In this document: positions 11,265 to 22,534 of the stretch, piece by piece | How the letters are laid out: each line of letters opens with the position of its first letter | Position numbering within the stretch: position 1 is the stretch's first letter | Assembly (NCBI RefSeq): GCF_001194135.2 | Contig: NC_068988.1 | Coordinates: forward strand, 16,008,006-16,072,005 | Source: Octopus bimaculoides | Taxonomy: Eukaryota | DNA: 64,000 nt | Reading direction: 5' to 3' | Notes under the pieces: model-generated | What the model was told of the DNA's origin: nothing | The model's input: the letters and a program-made list of their open reading frames with translations, nothing else | Databases searched by the model: none | Made by a program: the position numbers and the translations under genes

Positions 11265-12607
11265 TGCGAGGGTCGGCTGAAAAGTTCATAGGCTGACCAA
11301 GATACTCTCATGCAATGTGGCCAAATGAGGTTTATTTTTTGAACACAATGCCCCTTGCAGTCCACATATTTCTTCCATCAGTGTTGCAGTGCGTTGAATC
11401 TCATTAGAGAAAAAGCTTTCACCCTGTTGGTCAAATTAATCATCAGCAGATATGACGTCATCATCACTGCAATTCTGGTACCCAGCCTAGTGTTTTTTAA
11501 TGTTGGGAAACAAATGATAGTCAGATGGGCCAAATCAGAAGCATAGAGAGGTTGATGAACTAGTTCAAAGCCAGTGTCAGCCACTGCAGCCATTCAAATT
11601 AAGGACATATGTACTGCACCATTGTCCTGATGAAACATGACCTCTTTCATCAGATTTCTTTGGCATTTGGTCTTCACAGCTTTTCTCAACTGCCTCAGAA
11701 AATTTGCATGGCACTCTCCATGGAATGTGTGGCCCTTCAAAAGGGCCACACAATGCCTTCTGCATCCCAATGCCTTCTGCACCCCAATACCTTCTGCATC
11801 CCAATGCCTTCTGCATCCCAATGCCTCCTGCATCCCAATGTCTCCTGCATCCCCCAAAACTGGGGCAAATGAAACGACATGACCTTCTTTGAAGCAGCTG
11901 TGGAGGTGGGGTTTCCACTATATGGATTGTCTCTTTGTATCTGGCTCAAAGTAATGAACACCCACACTCATCCTGGGTTAGGAAAAGCTCGAGGAAATCA
12001 GCCAAACAATGTTAGATATTCCAGTGATCTGATTAGACTAGTGCTCTTTTGATCAGGTGTCACAAGACATAGCGCCCAAGGAGCAGAAACCTTCGTCTTG
12101 CCAAGTTCATTGTGTAGAATATTCTTAATTCTCTCACAGGAAATGCTAATAGAATTAGGTATTTGATTTATAGTCAGCCCCTTGTTATCCATCACCATGA
12201 GGTGAACACGATCAATATTTTCCTCGGTGGTGGCAGTTGCAGGACTTCCAGACCTTGAGTCATCTCCAAGACTCTCCCTCCCCTCCTAAATTCAGTTGCC
12301 CATTTCTCCACTATTCATAAATCTTGATCCTCATCTATTGTAGTGACCATGTCAACATGAATGTGCTTGGGGGCTTAAGCCTTTTTTAATAGATACTTGA
12401 TAACGCATGGTAACAAATCTTGTTTATTTAGAAGTAAGATCGCTACTAGTTACATTTAAAGTGTTATTGAAACAGTCAAATGTCAGTTTACTTAGAAAAA
12501 CAATTCAGTTATCAATAAAAAGGGTTGAACGTAATGCATGCGAGGTTTCTCAGCTTTAGCATCACTCTTAAATGATCAGACTATGACTTTTTCAGCCCAT
12601 CCACGTA
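11265..12607 (-). mobile_element. Near-full-length decayed mariner (DD34D, Himar1/Hsmar2-like)
   Basis: TIRs cgagggtcggctgaaaagttcatag and ctatgactttttcagcccatccacgTA; minus-strand remnants KVSAPWA (WVPR-like), WDAEGI, FHQDNGAVH and LVHQPLYASDLAH (YSPDLAP-like). Confidence 0.9.
11751..11852. repeat. 6 x 17-bp minisatellite inside the mariner transposase
   Basis: Unit CAATGCCTTCTGCATCC in six copies with 0-2 substitutions each. Confidence 0.95.
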
Positions 12608-13673
12608 TAGGACCTTTGATTTATTTTTCAGAGTCATTACAGTGCCGAAGTCAATTTTGCATTTCATTCTTATGATACATAAAGTACCCATTTACTCTGG
12701 TGAGTTGGTAGAAATTTTACAGCATCAAATGAGTTGTATTTTTTGTACCAGTTCTGGTTCTTTGAATTACAAGTGCAAATTCTGGTTAAGAATATGAATC
12801 CCATCAATAGCCATGTCCTCATCCCTCACTTAATAAGGTATCAAAATAGACCGGAATAAATTGCTTCTCTAGCGATTTTATGTATTCAGCAGAGAGAGAC
12901 CTCCCATCGTTTCAACAATGTAGGTGTGCCTTTGGTACACAAGCTTCGAAGAGTAAGATTTGTGGGGAACGAACTCAGCGACAATTATACCGCACGAATC
13001 AAACTCACTAGCAAATGTCTTCAAGATTTCATAAGAAAATTAGAATGAGGTAGAGAGAGAATGTGGAGAGGAAAGTAAGGAAGAGAGATTAGAGAAAGCA
13101 GGGAAATAGGCCTGTTACAAAAATATATGTAACAAAGTATTTGCATAAAAAATTTTCTCATGAATTATGAGAAATTCAATAGACAAAAAAAAAAAAATGC
13201 TAAAAGTAAAAGGAGAAAGAGGAAGAATACCGAGGGAGAAAAAAGAAAGAAAGAATAAGAGGAAAAGAGGGGAGCGAGATTAAAACTGTTGTAAACAGAA
13301 AAGTAAATGAACAAAGTATGAAAATGTTAGAACGTTGGCAGTAAGAGAATCATAAAAATGGAATGGATTGAAAGAGGACATGACATAAATCAAGACGCGG
13401 TCAGATACCCTTCAAGACAAAGTCAGAAACATATATTTAAAGAGCTATATGCAGCTTCTTGTAGCCATACTGTGTTCGTGTACACATACATTCAAACAAA
13501 GAAACAAACAGGCGTACAGACATATATACACGCATATATACACCACTGTATATAAATTATAATCACACACACATACGCACTCATATGTGTGTATGTATAT
13601 AAGTATATAAAATTTATTTGCGTATAAATGCATATTTCTTAGGACATATATACATACATACATGCATACATAC

Positions 13674-13722
<49 letters not shown>

Positions 13723-14982
13723 TCTGTGTATATACATACTCATATGTATACACATCAAAGCATGAATTTAATGCAAGTTCACAGGCACGTGTGCATGCTC
13801 ATAGATACAAATGGAACGAGAGAGATAGNNNNNNNNNNNNNNNNNNNNNNNNNNNNNNNNNNNNNNNNNNNNNNNNNNNNNNNNNNNNNNNNNNNNNNNN
13901 NNNNNNNNNNNNNNNNNNNNNNNNNNNNNNNNNNNNNNNNNNNNNNNNNNNNNNNNNNNNNNNNNNNNNNNNNNNNNNNNNNNNNNNNNNNNNNNNNNNN
14001 NNNNNNNNNNNNNNNNNNNNNNNNNNNNNNNNNNNNNNNNNNNNNNNNNNNNNNNNNNNNNNNNNNNNNACACACACACACACACACACACACATAGTGA
14101 GAACAATAGACGGAGAACTAGAAAAGAGAACGAAATGAAGAAAAACGACATAGGAAAGTTAAAAGATAGATTCCGAGCTGGACAAGCAGACAGACTGAAA
14201 TAACAATCGTGAAATGACGAATAGACAAATATTGGGATAGGTGAGGAAATAGAGAGCAAATGAGTGAAAGGAAGAGGTAAATATATCAGAGGAGAAAGCC
14301 CCAACGAGAATAAAAACTTGACAAATATAGATACAAAATGAAATCAACCATACCTTTATATATCATATATATATATATATATATAGGTGAAAGAGTTGAT
14401 ATGTGAAAGTACGAGGTTGGATGTATAAAAGACAAAATAGAGTGAAAAAACTGCAGAAGGCTTGTGTTATATGGTTAAAGAATATATTTTAATCGTTATG
14501 TTAGAAAAATGTTATAAAATTTTGCGTATAGTAACATTGTTTTTAGAGAAATAACCGGTTTCGTATTTTCTTTTCAAATTTCTGAAATTTCTTTACCTAT
14601 ATTGTGTCATCTCGTTATGTTGTGAAATAAGGAGTTCCAGACAGTGGAAGATAATCAGAGATTTTTTCGGTATAAGGGAGATAATAAAAAATTTCGGGAA
14701 TGACTAGGTTTTATTTATTTAACATGATTTGGTTTAGAAAGAATAGAATCTTAGAAGTGGTTTATATTTTTATCAATGAGGAAGTTTCCTTATTTAAAAA
14801 TGTTAGAAACGGTTAAGTTTTGGCTTATATTTTTCAACGAAGTAGGTTTCCTTATTTAATTTAACTTGTATTGGTGTTCCAATGGCGCATTGATAAAATG
14901 GAACGATTACAAATTATGGTAGCAGTTGCTTTGCGCATTTTTCAATATGTACACTAAAGGGTATCATTCTGTATGCCCTTTG

Positions 14983-15117
14983 TAGACTTGTTAGTTTCGT
15001 TGGACAATACACAAATTTAATACACACGTGCAATAAAATGTGTTTAATCAAACTCGGAAACCCTCACCAAAATAATATTCACCCCGCCCTAATTCTCCAA
15101 CGAAACTAACAAGTCTA
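14983..15117. mobile_element. 135-bp MITE with perfect 22-bp inverted ends, including TA
   Basis: TAGACTTGTTAGTTTCGTTGGA (14983-15004) and TCCAACGAAACTAACAAGTCTA (15096-15117). Confidence 0.75.
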
Positions 15118-15545
15118 TTACAATGAAACATCTCCCCAGCGAAATTACCAGTGTTAGAACAAAATTTAATGTAAGACTTACTATCTTTGCTTCTATTACT
15201 ATCTCATATGTAGCAATTATTTTCGTATCCTGACCGATGTATCTATCTATTTTCGCATTCTGAAGAGATTTACTAAAACAAGTAAATCGAAAGGATCGTA
15301 AATGCTACCTTTATCTTTGCTTCCTTCTTCTTTGTTATCTAAATAAATTAAAGGCATACCAGCGAAAACGACGAGTTTTCCCATGTTACTACATCCATTT
15401 TCTTCTCCTATATAACCTAAACTACGGTCTACCAACCGAACCACCTTCTACCGTACAACTTTACAAAAGATTGTACCTTCCAAGGTAATAACCAGGAGCG
15501 ACTTTGAATTTAATTATCCCTTAGAGGTATTACACTCCTCTGATA

Positions 15546-15581
<36 letters not shown>

Positions 15582-16335
15582 CAGAAATATAAACATATAT
15601 ATGCATACATACATGCATACACATTGACATATACACAGCATACGCAGACATATACATATGAAAAAAAGAACAAAACAAACATAAGATACAATTGTCAGTA
15701 GTATTTCGGATGTTCGTTCCTCAGAAGGTATTACCTTCCTATTAATTTTGAAAAATATAATTTTTAATTCCCTAGATTTAACGCTGAACCTAAATGTTGA
15801 CCCATAATACCCTTTCCATAAATCAAAATGCGCTTGCAATACAAATACAAAAATATGTCCACCCTAAATCTATGATAAATGCCCTTGCTATTAAGGATAT
15901 CAATTAGGATCTTCAACCTTTTAGCTCATCAACTAATTTTCAATGTTAATGCAAACTGAAAAGTAGCTGTAGGATAGAATGACCTATAAACCAACACGAA
16001 ACGAAGACATGCACACAATCATGCAAGTTTTCCTAATATTATTTTTACTCTCACACATAAGATCTTAAATAGTAGTTTTCACTATAAGAATAAGAAAAAA
16101 ATATTGGTATTTCAACTACAGTGGATAACTGAAATATAAATATTAAGCCATCAAGTGGAAATTTGGATAAACACTAAGCTAAACCGGTGATGGAACCGAT
16201 GAGAGATAAACGGCATCATAACGACTCAGCAATTTCATTGCTTAGTAAAATAATATTCATTTCTCTGCATGAAGATAGAAGAGAAAAAACTTTAGGGACA
16301 TCTGATGATAATGTTGATGATGATGTTAACGACGA

Positions 16336-16892
16336 TAATAATAATAATAATAATAATAACAATAATAATCCTTTCTACTAAAGGCACAAAGCATGAAATC
16401 TGGGCCAGTGTTTTACTGGTACTCAATTTATCGACCACGAAAAGATGAAAGGCAAAGTCGACCTTTGCGGAAATTGAACTCAGAACGTAACAGCGGCCGA
16501 ATTACCGCTAAGCATTTCATCCGGTGTGCTAACGATTCCGTCAGCTCACCGCCTTGGATAATAATAATAATAATGATAATAATAATAATAATAATAATTA
16601 TTATAATAACAACAACAACAACAACAATAATAATAATTTTAAATTTTGCCATTTGCAAGGGCAGCCATTTTTGGGGGAGGGGACGAGTCGATTACATCGA
16701 CCCCAGTGTTTCACTGGTACTTATTTTATCGACTTCGAAAGGATGAATGGCAAAGTCGACCACGGCGGAATTTGAAATCAGACCATAGCGGCAGGCGAAA
16801 TACCGCTAAGCATTTCGCCCGGCGTGCTAACGATTTTGCCAGCTCACTACCTTAATAATAATAATGATAAAGTAATAATAATAATAATAATA

Positions 16893-16968
<76 letters not shown>

Positions 16969-17613
16969 TAGAACAACACCAGGAACGTCTAACATGTGAG
17001 AGTGATAAAACACTGCACCGAAATCTATTCGAAAACTTCGGGAATAAAGACAACGAATGGAACCTAAAATAACTGACAATGTGTTAGATTATATACGAGT
17101 AAGTATACGGGATGGGCTACTCGACCTGAAGAAAATTCTAACTAGGCCCCACCTGCGAGGTCATGGGCTGTTTATTTTGATATGAGATCACCATGTCGCG
17201 CACACATGGTTGTGATGCATGTGCCTGGTGTACCCTTATCAGACGGGTAGTCATGATGGGTATAATGGGCTTCGTATATTTTACTCCAGTGTCACTTTGA
17301 TGGCATGCACTGCTCTCTCACTCAATAATAATAATAATAATAATAATAATCATGATAATAATAGTAATGATAATAATCCTTCTACTAAAGGCACAAGGTC
17401 TGATACCTTGGGCGAGAGGGTAAGTCGAGTACATCGACTCCAGTTGTCAACTGGTACTTAATTTGTCGACCCAGAAAGAGTGAAAAGTAAAGTAGGCCTC
17501 GGCGGAATTTGAACTAAGCAAAATGATTGGGGACATTTTGCCTGTTAGCACACCGGACAAAATGCTCGTAAACATTTTCCCCGGTGTGCTAACGATTCTA
17601 CCTGCTCGCCGCC
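16336..17613 (-). mobile_element. Chain of minus-strand SINE family A copies separated by (AAT)n
   Basis: Copies at about 16368-16553, 16638-16852 and 17377-17613, each abutting (AAT)n or (AAC)n; an unrelated repeat fragment lies at about 17110-17325. Confidence 0.85.
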
Positions 17614-17672
17614 TTTCTTCTTACCAATATACATAACACTATTGCATTATTGATAATATTCTATTATTAATA

Positions 17673-17905
17673 AGGCGGCGAGCTGGCAGAAACGTTAGCA
17701 TGCCAGGCGAATTGCTTAGCGGTATTTCGTCTGCCGTTACGTTCTGAGTTCAAATTCCGCCGAGGTCGACTTTGCCTTTCATCCTTTCGGGGTCAATAAA
17801 TTAAGTACCAGTTACGCACTGGGGTCGATGTAATCGACTTAATCCGTTCGTCTGTTCTTGTTTGTTCCCTCTATGTTTAGCCCCTTGTGGGCAATAACGA
17901 AATAG
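17673..17905 (+). mobile_element. Full-length, little-diverged SINE family A, tail type 1
   Basis: A box TGGCAGAAACG and B box GAGTTCAAAT; core gtcgactttgcctttcatcctttcggggtc; tail gtttagccccttgtgggcaataacgaaata. Confidence 0.95.
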
Positions 17906-18265
17906 ATATTTCGTCTGTCGTTACTTTCTGAGTTCAAATTCTGCCGAGGTCGACTTTGCCTTTCATCCTTTCGGAGTCGATAAAGTAATCACCAGTTGCG
18001 TACTGGGGTCGGTCTAATTGACTGGCGTCCTCTCCCAAAATTTCGGGCCTTGTCCCTAGAGTAGAAAAGAATATTCTAGTATTTTTATTATGCTATAAAA
18101 CAAAGCAGTGATCTGATAGCATTGTTAGCAGGCCGGACAAAAAATTTCACGGTAGTTCTTCCGGCTTTACTGAGTTCATTTTCCGCTGAGGTCGTTGTAG
18201 CCTTTCATCCTTTCAGAATCGGTGAAATAAGTCACAGTCGTTTAACACCCTCGCCCAAATTTTCT
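17906..18265 (+). mobile_element. Two further SINE family A copies (one with tail type 3, one degenerate)
   Basis: 17906-18075 ends aaaatttcgggccttgtccctagagtagaaaagaat; a degenerate copy lies at about 18115-18265. Confidence 0.8.
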
Positions 18266-18825
18266 TACCTTATGAATATATTCTATTCTATCATAGTAGT
18301 AACTATTGACGATTTCATTTATCATACTATTCATTAATTGATTTTCTTATTCATTTCAACTCACCTTACGCTTTTATATATTATCTTCTGCCATGTATAT
18401 TATATTACTTGCTGCCAAACTATACACATAAAAATTGTATAAGTGCCTGTGTCTTTATCTAAAATAAATCTTGAAACGGTTATGTCATATATAACATTAA
18501 GCGCTTCCCTATTTTTATCTCAATATTACAAGTTTCACTCAGACGATGTTACACTCTTACGATGATGTAATCAGTTGTTCTATCTTAATCAATTATTTTA
18601 ATATCTAGCTTATCTTTTATTGATTGCTACTAAATAGGATCCTGATAATTATTCTGAGTATCTACCTGAACTTTGATATTATCTACTTCATTGTATATAA
18701 ATTGCTTAATCTTGTATTAACAATTTATCATGTTATTTTATCATGATTCTTTATGATGTCTGTGTCATGTGTAATATTGCTAATTGTTCATTTATAATGT
18801 TGTACTCTTAAATAGTTCTCTAATG

Positions 18826-18903
<78 letters not shown>

Positions 18904-18904
18904 C

Positions 18905-19060
18905 CACCACCACCATGATCATCATCATCGCTATCATCATCATCCAGTCAGGTGACTTGCTCGGGGTTAGTGCAACTCTTCCACGCCGTATGTCCCAATC
19001 ATACGATGCAGCACGGACGTCTGGTGTGTTATATCCACATTGGTCTTCCACTCGCTAAAA
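18905..19060 (-). mobile_element. RTE-type LINE 3' end with (GAT)n tail
   Basis: Minus strand VEDQCGYNTPDVRAASYDWDIRRGRVALTPSK resembles the RTE C-terminus (D.GL..L...DR..WR..V), followed by gatgatgat. Confidence 0.45.
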
Positions 19061-19349
19061 CATCTCATTAGTTTATGCTACGACTACAGCTGATAGCAGT
19101 AATTCGCGAACTGAATTGGTTGATCCTGGCCGTTGATAGTTTGTTGTCTATTCACCTGCTCAGCATCTAATGATATTCGCCATTTATTCAATATTAGCTT
19201 AAAAGCTGCACTATGTGTAGTCTCCTACGGATGGCTAATTGGGTCTGCGGCACAAAACGAAATAGAGCGATAATAATAAAGCATTTATTGGTACCCTACC
19301 AATATGGTATTACCCTACCGATATGGTATTACTTTAAATTCAATTTAAA

Positions 19350-19750
19350 TGAAAAACTTGTAAATTCACAATTTTTTTGAGTTCTTTCAAAATTTGAATT
19401 TTCAACTGTTAGCATATAACAAATGGTCATTCAGACCTGATCCCGATACTGGATGTTCAAGAACCAAATGAAGGGCAATCTTTCAATCCGCCAATACTTG
19501 GGAGACTCAGTGTTTGATAAAATCGTAAACAAAGAAATCCCAAAGTGTTAGATCTGGTGGTCTACCCAGCACATATCTGTTAACCCTGTATCAAAATCCA
19601 TTCATTTGGAAAATGGTTGATGCCAGTAATCCTTATAATTGTGTTATAATCCGAGAAGAAATCTTGTGGAATCATTAGAGCTCTCGTCGTCTTATCTACA
19701 ATTAAATCAAGTTTAAAGAATTGCAACAACTTGCAATCATACATTTGTTA
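19350..19750 (-). pseudogene. Fossil Tc1/mariner-superfamily transposase C-terminal half
   Basis: Minus strand IPQDFFSD...NHFPNEWI... then PPDLTLWDFFVYDFIK, resembling FQQDGAP...FP.RWI...SPDLTPLDFFLWG.LK. Confidence 0.55.
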
Positions 19751-19989
19751 CCTGTAGCAGTAACTTGGACAAGAAAAAAGTGTCCATAACTTTTAGAAAT
19801 GAGTTAGTTTACCACCAGTGTTGGACAAAATACTTTGGACGTTCGTTTGGTGAACTACAACAATTCTGTTGATATATTCTTCCTCGTGTATCGAACCTTG
19901 TTACATCATTAAAAAAAAAAGTGTTCTCCTTTACGTTTTCATGGGGGATGCGTTCATCGAAAATTAGTTCATGTTAGACTCCTTGCCAA

Positions 19990-20450
19990 AAGTGTTGGTT
20001 AAAAAAATCTGGAAACTTACATACAAGACTGAGAGAACAGCTTCAGGTTGCCTGAATGGAGGTATCATACCAAATTAGATGATTAGAAGGAGAATAGTAC
20101 ACTTTATGAAAGACAAAAGCAAGGGCAATATAGCTAGAAATTATAGACCAATCACTTGCTTACCACTAGTGTGGAAGCTGTTAATAGGAATGCTCTCAAG
20201 AATGAGCATCTTGGAAGAAAAACAGAAAGGCTGCAGGAAGAAGGCTAGAAGGAAACAGAAATCAAGGAAGAAAAATTTAACAATGACATGGATAAATCAT
20301 AAGAAAGCTTATGGCATGAATCTACATTAATGGATAAGTGAATATTTGAGTATATTCAATATTGCAGACAACAGAAGAAATTTAATTAGAAATGGAAAGT
20401 AGATCATTACTCAGGTAATACAAACTTGGGGAAAGTTAATTACTATCTAG
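19990..20450 (+). mobile_element. R4/Dong-type (RLE) LINE reverse-transcriptase fragment
   Basis: ORF 20079-20330 reads KDKSKGNIARNYRPITCLPLVWKLL...EKQKGCRK...NLTMTWINHKKAYG (RT motifs). Confidence 0.85.
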
Positions 20451-20509
20451 GGAAACTCGCCATCTCCTTCAATATATGTGTTTTGTAAGACTTTGAGCAA
20501 GCAAAATAG

Positions 20510-20880
20510 TTAGTACGCTAAGAAAAATGCTTAGCGCCAATTCATTCGTCTTTACGCTCTGAGTTCAAATTCTGCCGAGCTCTACTTTGCCTTTTACTCT
20601 TCCGGAATTGATAGAATAAGTACAAGTTGAATAAATACCAGATGTAATCGACTTACCCCCGCCCATAAAATTGCGAGCCAAAATTTGAAATCAATATTTG
20701 TGTTTTGTGTCTTCCTGTTCTGAGTTCAAATTCAGCCGAGGTCGACTTTGCCTTTCATCATTCCGAGGTCGATAAAATAAGTAGCAGTTGAACAGTGGGG
20801 TTGATGTAATCGCTTACCTCCTCTCCCGAACTTGCAGGAATGGGTAAGTCGATTACATCGATTACATCGACTTACCAACT
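20510..20880 (+). mobile_element. Two tandem SINE family A copies plus an inverted core fragment
   Basis: Core ttctgagttcaaatt...gaggtcgactttgcctttcatc occurs twice; junction hairpin ggtaagtcgat/atcgacttacc at 20843-20876. Confidence 0.8.
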
Positions 20881-20955
20881 CCTCCGAAATTTAAAATTAG
20901 TATTATGGGCCAAAATTTAAAATTATTGTCATCATCAACATCATCATCATCATCA

Positions 20956-20991
<36 letters not shown>

Positions 20992-20999
20992 TTTAAAAA

Positions 21000-22530
21000 G
21001 GATTGACGTAACTCTTCACGAAGGTAAATAGTCAAGACGAAGAGCGCGATTCGATTGTAAGATATTTTATTCGTTGAACAATATTTCAGCAGTACGTCTG
21101 GCTTTGTCAAGTTCAAAACAAAAGGTGATTAAAAATTCAAAATAACAGAAATTTAAACGTAAAGTATGAACGAGAGCAACCAGCGTCCATACGTTGATGG
21201 AATGACATCATCAGTTTTAAAGTTTTATAACAGGTAAAAAGAAAGAAAAAATAGAAAAAAGGAAGACGACAGAAAAAAAGGAAAGAAAAAGAGAGAAAGA
21301 AGAATATTTAATCAAACAGCTTTGTATAAATTTGATGATATTCTCCTGTTATCTTATTCATTCCTCCAGGGCGTGATGTTAATAACCCGCAAACATATTT
21401 CTCCTCATACATTCTGAGAAGTGAAATTGGGGTAGATCCAGAATACTTTTTGAGAATGTGCACTTTCAAGTCTTCTTCAAAATTGCAGCCGCTTGAAACG
21501 AAATGTTCAGCAAGTTCTGTTGAACTACTGTTATTGTGCCTGACGTCAAATCTGTGCCCATTAAACATTTTGTTTAATTGTTGTGTTGTACAACCAACAT
21601 AAATTAAGTTGTGTTTCGTGCATTCTGCAGCGTACACTAAATGGGTATGTTTACATGTTCCACCTTCTGTATAAATGATAACATTTCTGTTATGATTTCC
21701 GATGGAATTCTCTTCACTCATGTTGTTGCACAATGAACATGGCTTACCTCTCTTGCGGCTGCCCCCCAAGGTACAGCGTGTAGATTCTCAAATGTTCGTT
21801 TTCTTGGAGTCAGATATAGAGGTCAATAATTCTCTTACATTCTTATTCCGTCGAAAGGCTACAATGGGCGGCTGAAGAAATATCTGTTTGAAACTGGGAT
21901 ATTTTTTCGCAACATGCTGGTAACTTTCATGCAACACTTTTGAAATGCCAGCGCAACGTCGGTGCCAGCTAATCACTAAAGGAATTCTGTCATCTATTGT
22001 ATTTTGTTTGCTAAAATCATGCGTGTAGGTTTGACTATCTTTGCTAATCTTAGCTATTTCATTTGCTATTTCCTTTAAACGTGATTCACTGTAACCTCGT
22101 TTGACATAATGACATACAAAAGGATTTGCATGTTTCCAGTAATCCTCTATGTCAGTACAAATCCGTTTTATCCTCAAAAATTGGGATTTCGGATTTGACC
22201 GAATAAGATGATGTGGATGATCAGAGCGGCGGTGGAGATAAATGTGGGATGACGTGGGCTTGCCTTTCTTAAATAACTCTGTTACTATTCTACCGCCAGA
22301 AAACTTGACTTTTGTGTCCAAAAATTCAACGCTAGTCTTTGAAAAACTAGACGTAAATTTTATGTTGGACTTAAGGCTTGTTTCTTAAAATAACTCTGCC
22401 ACTATTCTGCTTCCATTTTTCTTAAATAACTCTGTCACTATTCTACCTCCATTTTTCTTAGATAACTCTTTTCCTTTCCCTTTTTTCTTTCCTTTTTTTT
22501 TCTGTCGTCTTCCTTTTTCTATTTTTTTCT
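21000..22530 (-). mobile_element. 5'-truncated Penelope-like element (RT thumb + Cys linker + GIY-YIG; Neptune-like)
   Basis: SNIKFT...VEFLD...KPTSSHIYLHRRSDHPHHLIRSNPKSQFLRIKRIC...KRGY (21788-22372), one in-frame stop, then RCTLGGSRKRGKPCSLC...LVYAAECTKHNLIYVGCT...FNGHR...LAEHF...GMN (21308-21769). Confidence 0.92.
21074..21116 (-). ncRNA. Decayed minimal type I hammerhead ribozyme in the PLE 3' end
   Basis: Minus strand TTGAAC-TTGACAA-AGC(10-nt loop)GCT-GAAA-TATT-GTTCAA: 6-bp stem I, core 2 substitutions from CTGANGA, stem II, GAAA and a palindromic ATAT stem III. Confidence 0.5.
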
Positions 22531-22534
22531 TGAT

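Noticed and set aside
11751-11852. CRISPR-like array
   Set aside because: The units are directly tandem with no spacers, in a eukaryotic mariner context, and there are no cas genes.
15750-15830. RILIYGKGIMGQHLG, Rossmann-like, minus strand
   Set aside because: It stops after about 22 codons with no donor in frame; likely chance.
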